DNA of 16,016 nucleotides from Elainellaceae cyanobacterium (GTDB lineage Bacteria > Cyanobacteriota > Cyanobacteriia > CAZCXK01): assembly GCA_051117555.1 (NCBI GenBank), contig JBNPEG010000076.1:1-16016 (forward strand). Direction: 5' to 3'. Under the pieces are notes generated by a model, which saw only the letters and a list, made by a program, of their open reading frames with translations, searched no databases and was not told where the DNA came from. Shown here piece by piece: positions 14,473 through 16,016 of this stretch. The position numbers and the translations under genes are program-made. Numbering within the stretch: position 1 is the stretch's first letter; each line of letters starts with the position of its first letter.

Positions 14473-15996
14473 CTACCACGGACTGCCTACCAGCGTGAAC
14501 GATGCCCAGTAATAGGGATCAGAAAAATCTAGCGGAGCTGATTTGGCTAATTCCTCGGATAGGGGTAGCGTTCCACTGGGGCCTTCAAGCTGAGCATCTC
14601 GGACGCGAACCTGCCCCGACATCAGTGAGAGTTGTGCACGTCTAAGCGCCTCGGATTTGGTTGTGATATCAGGTTGGCTCAGTTGCCAATAAAACTCGCG
14701 CATGAGTGCCAAGGTGCCTAAATCGCTCACTCGCCATAAACTCGCCAGAGACGACTTCACCCCAGAATGAAACGTAAGCCCAGCAAAGCCGAGTTCGGCT
14801 TGCCGATCGCCCAGTGCGGTTTGACAGGCACTCAATACTAGCAGTTCTACCGGAAGTTCGCTCCAGTTGAGTCGTCGTACTTCATCAAGGCGGAGGCGAT
14901 CGCCCTGCCAAAATTGAATATACGAATTGTCAGGAGTCCCTGAACGAAACGCTGCGTGGGTTGCCAAATGAACGATTGGAAACTGCCCGGTTTCGAGCTG
15001 CTGACGGAGGTTGCTTAACGTAAACTCTTGATTTAAAAACACCTCCCCCGACCCGATATCCTCAGCGATCGCCCTCAGCTCAAGCGGCACGGCGGGTAAT
15101 TCTCCCATATCTGGAAATTCTGAAGCCCCCATTGCCAACACTTGCGTCTCGCGAACCCCCCGATAGCGCGTGTCGATGAGATTAAACGCAGGAATCAGCC
15201 CCACGCTGTAATTCTCTGTTAAAAACTGCTGCCCGTCTGAGAGGGCTGCAATCGGGAGCGATCGCAGCCCGCCCCCCATACAAAATACAAGCGCATCAAC
15301 CTGGTGAGCGCGAAGATCGGTCTCCAGGGGCGCGATGATCCAACGGTAGAGCTGCTGAGCCGACGCGAGATAGCCTCGTCCCCCCGCTGGACTGGTCACC
15401 CGCGATTGCAACTCACGAGCGGCCTCCGTGATCCGGTCTTCAGGGATCTCTGGAAACGTTTTGCGAATGGGATCAATCCCCGGAATCACCAGCACCAGTT
15501 CTAACGCAGTCGGATGGGGAAACACATAAATGAGTGCCAGTTGCTTCCCTATTTCGCTGGACAGCCGATCGAGGGTCTCAGCAATTTCGTCAGCGGTCAA
15601 CGAGGGAGTCGATAATCGGCGTCCCAAATAATATTCATACTGCTGTTTCCAAGTTTGCTCAATCTCAGTAATCCGAGCCCGACTATCGACGTTGGCGATC
15701 GCATCCCTGGCAGCGTTACTGGCGATCGCGTTACTGGCCGCGTTACTGGCGATCGCGTTACTGGCCGCGTCACTGGCCGCGTTACTGGCGATCGCGTTAC
15801 TGGCCGCGTCACTGGCCGCGTTACTGGCCTCATTACTGGCAATAATATCGGCATCTCTTTCGGTTGAGGAAACCGAAGTTGAGGAAACCGAAGTTGAAGA
15901 AACAGAAGTTGAGGAAACGGAAACAACGGGGCTCATGGCGATCGCCATCCCGAACCCAATCATCAAAAACAAAAATCGTCGAATGAGTGGCATCAT
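14473..15996 (-). CDS. CHAT domain (caspase-like, clan CD) protein with N-terminal signal/anchor and low-complexity repeats
   Basis: QQLYRWIIAPL, LRSLPIAAL.DGQQFL.E.Y, VHLATHA (catalytic His), LLVLSACQTALGD (catalytic Cys), ELGFAG, ASLWRVSD and PYYWASFTLVGSPW. Confidence 0.94.
   Translation of the reverse strand: MMPLIRRFLFLMIGFGMAIAMSPVVSVSSTSVSSTSVSSTSVSSTERDADIIASNEASNAASDAASNAIASNAASDAASNAIASNAASNAIASNAARDAIANVDSRARITEIEQTWKQQYEYYLGRRLSTPSLTADEIAETLDRLSSEIGKQLALIYVFPHPTALELVLVIPGIDPIRKTFPEIPEDRITEAARELQSRVTSPAGGRGYLASAQQLYRWIIAPLETDLRAHQVDALVFCMGGGLRSLPIAALSDGQQFLTENYSVGLIPAFNLIDTRYRGVRETQVLAMGASEFPDMGELPAVPLELRAIAEDIGSGEVFLNQEFTLSNLRQQLETGQFPIVHLATHAAFRSGTPDNSYIQFWQGDRLRLDEVRRLNWSELPVELLVLSACQTALGDRQAELGFAGLTFHSGVKSSLASLWRVSDLGTLALMREFYWQLSQPDITTKSEALRRAQLSLMSGQVRVRDAQLEGPSGTLPLSEELAKSAPLDFSDPYYWASFTLVGSPW
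15692..15840 (-). repeat. In-frame 12/15-bp repeat array encoding (ASNA/ASDA/ASNAI)n, containing four HIP1 sites
   Basis: Units GTTACTGGCCGC, GTCACTGGCCGC and GTTACTGGCGATCGC. There is an exact 39-bp duplication at 15742-15780/15781-15819. HIP1 occurs at 15695, 15722, 15749 and 15788. Confidence 0.92.
15863..15922 (-). repeat. 4 x 15-bp in-frame repeat encoding (SVSST)4
   Basis: GTTGAGGAAACCGAA x2, GTTGAAGAAACAGAA, GTTGAGGAAACGGAA. Confidence 0.92.
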
Positions 15997-16016
15997 AACA
16001 GACTGTTCTCATAAAC

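Larger units (their letters stand above)
345..15945. repeat. HIP1 octamer GCGATCGC highly over-represented (about 35 copies by eye)
   Basis: Examples at 345, 619, 2672, 6801, 7267, 9700, 11667, 13841 and 15938. Fewer than one copy is expected by chance in 16 kb. This is a cyanobacterial hallmark. Confidence 0.95.

Noticed and set aside
399..15504. Remaining short antisense or overlapping ORFs in the track (e.g. 597-884, 2901-3254, 8460-8723, 12278-12691)
   Set aside because: They lie within or opposite well-supported genes and show no independent motifs.
15597..15926. Alternative-frame ORFs with (RPVT)n / (VTGR)n repeats
   Set aside because: These are shadow frames of the in-frame repeat arrays in the CHAT gene.

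Overview
This is a cyanobacterial chromosomal window: I count about 35 HIP1 octamers (GCGATCGC) by eye, and it carries psb32 and a cyanobacterial-type thiE. Genes from left to right: a BBE-type FAD oxidoreductase divergent from an HxlR-family regulator, a fasciclin lipoprotein preceded by a near-consensus CRP box, a small hypothetical protein, psb32, an M28 peptidase, a 2TM protein, a translationally coupled winged-helix protein plus AAA+ ATPase pair (RcaD/RcaG-like), thiE-thiS, a DUF1517 (FLAP1-like) gene, a fused TIGR04282/TIGR04283 glycosyltransferase, and a signal-peptide CHAT protease with repeat expansions. The most interesting observations are: (i) the poorly understood wHTH + AAA+ two-gene module; (ii) a ThiS whose Gly-Gly terminus is masked by a CPIG extension, apparently by read-through into a 13-bp tandem repeat; (iii) attC-like elements at the left edge; (iv) a 19/22 match to the CRP consensus; (v) a three-hairpin sRNA candidate; and (vi) HIP1-containing coding repeats and dispersed TGCTAT(A)-ended elements. 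All family assignments come from motif recognition, not database searches.
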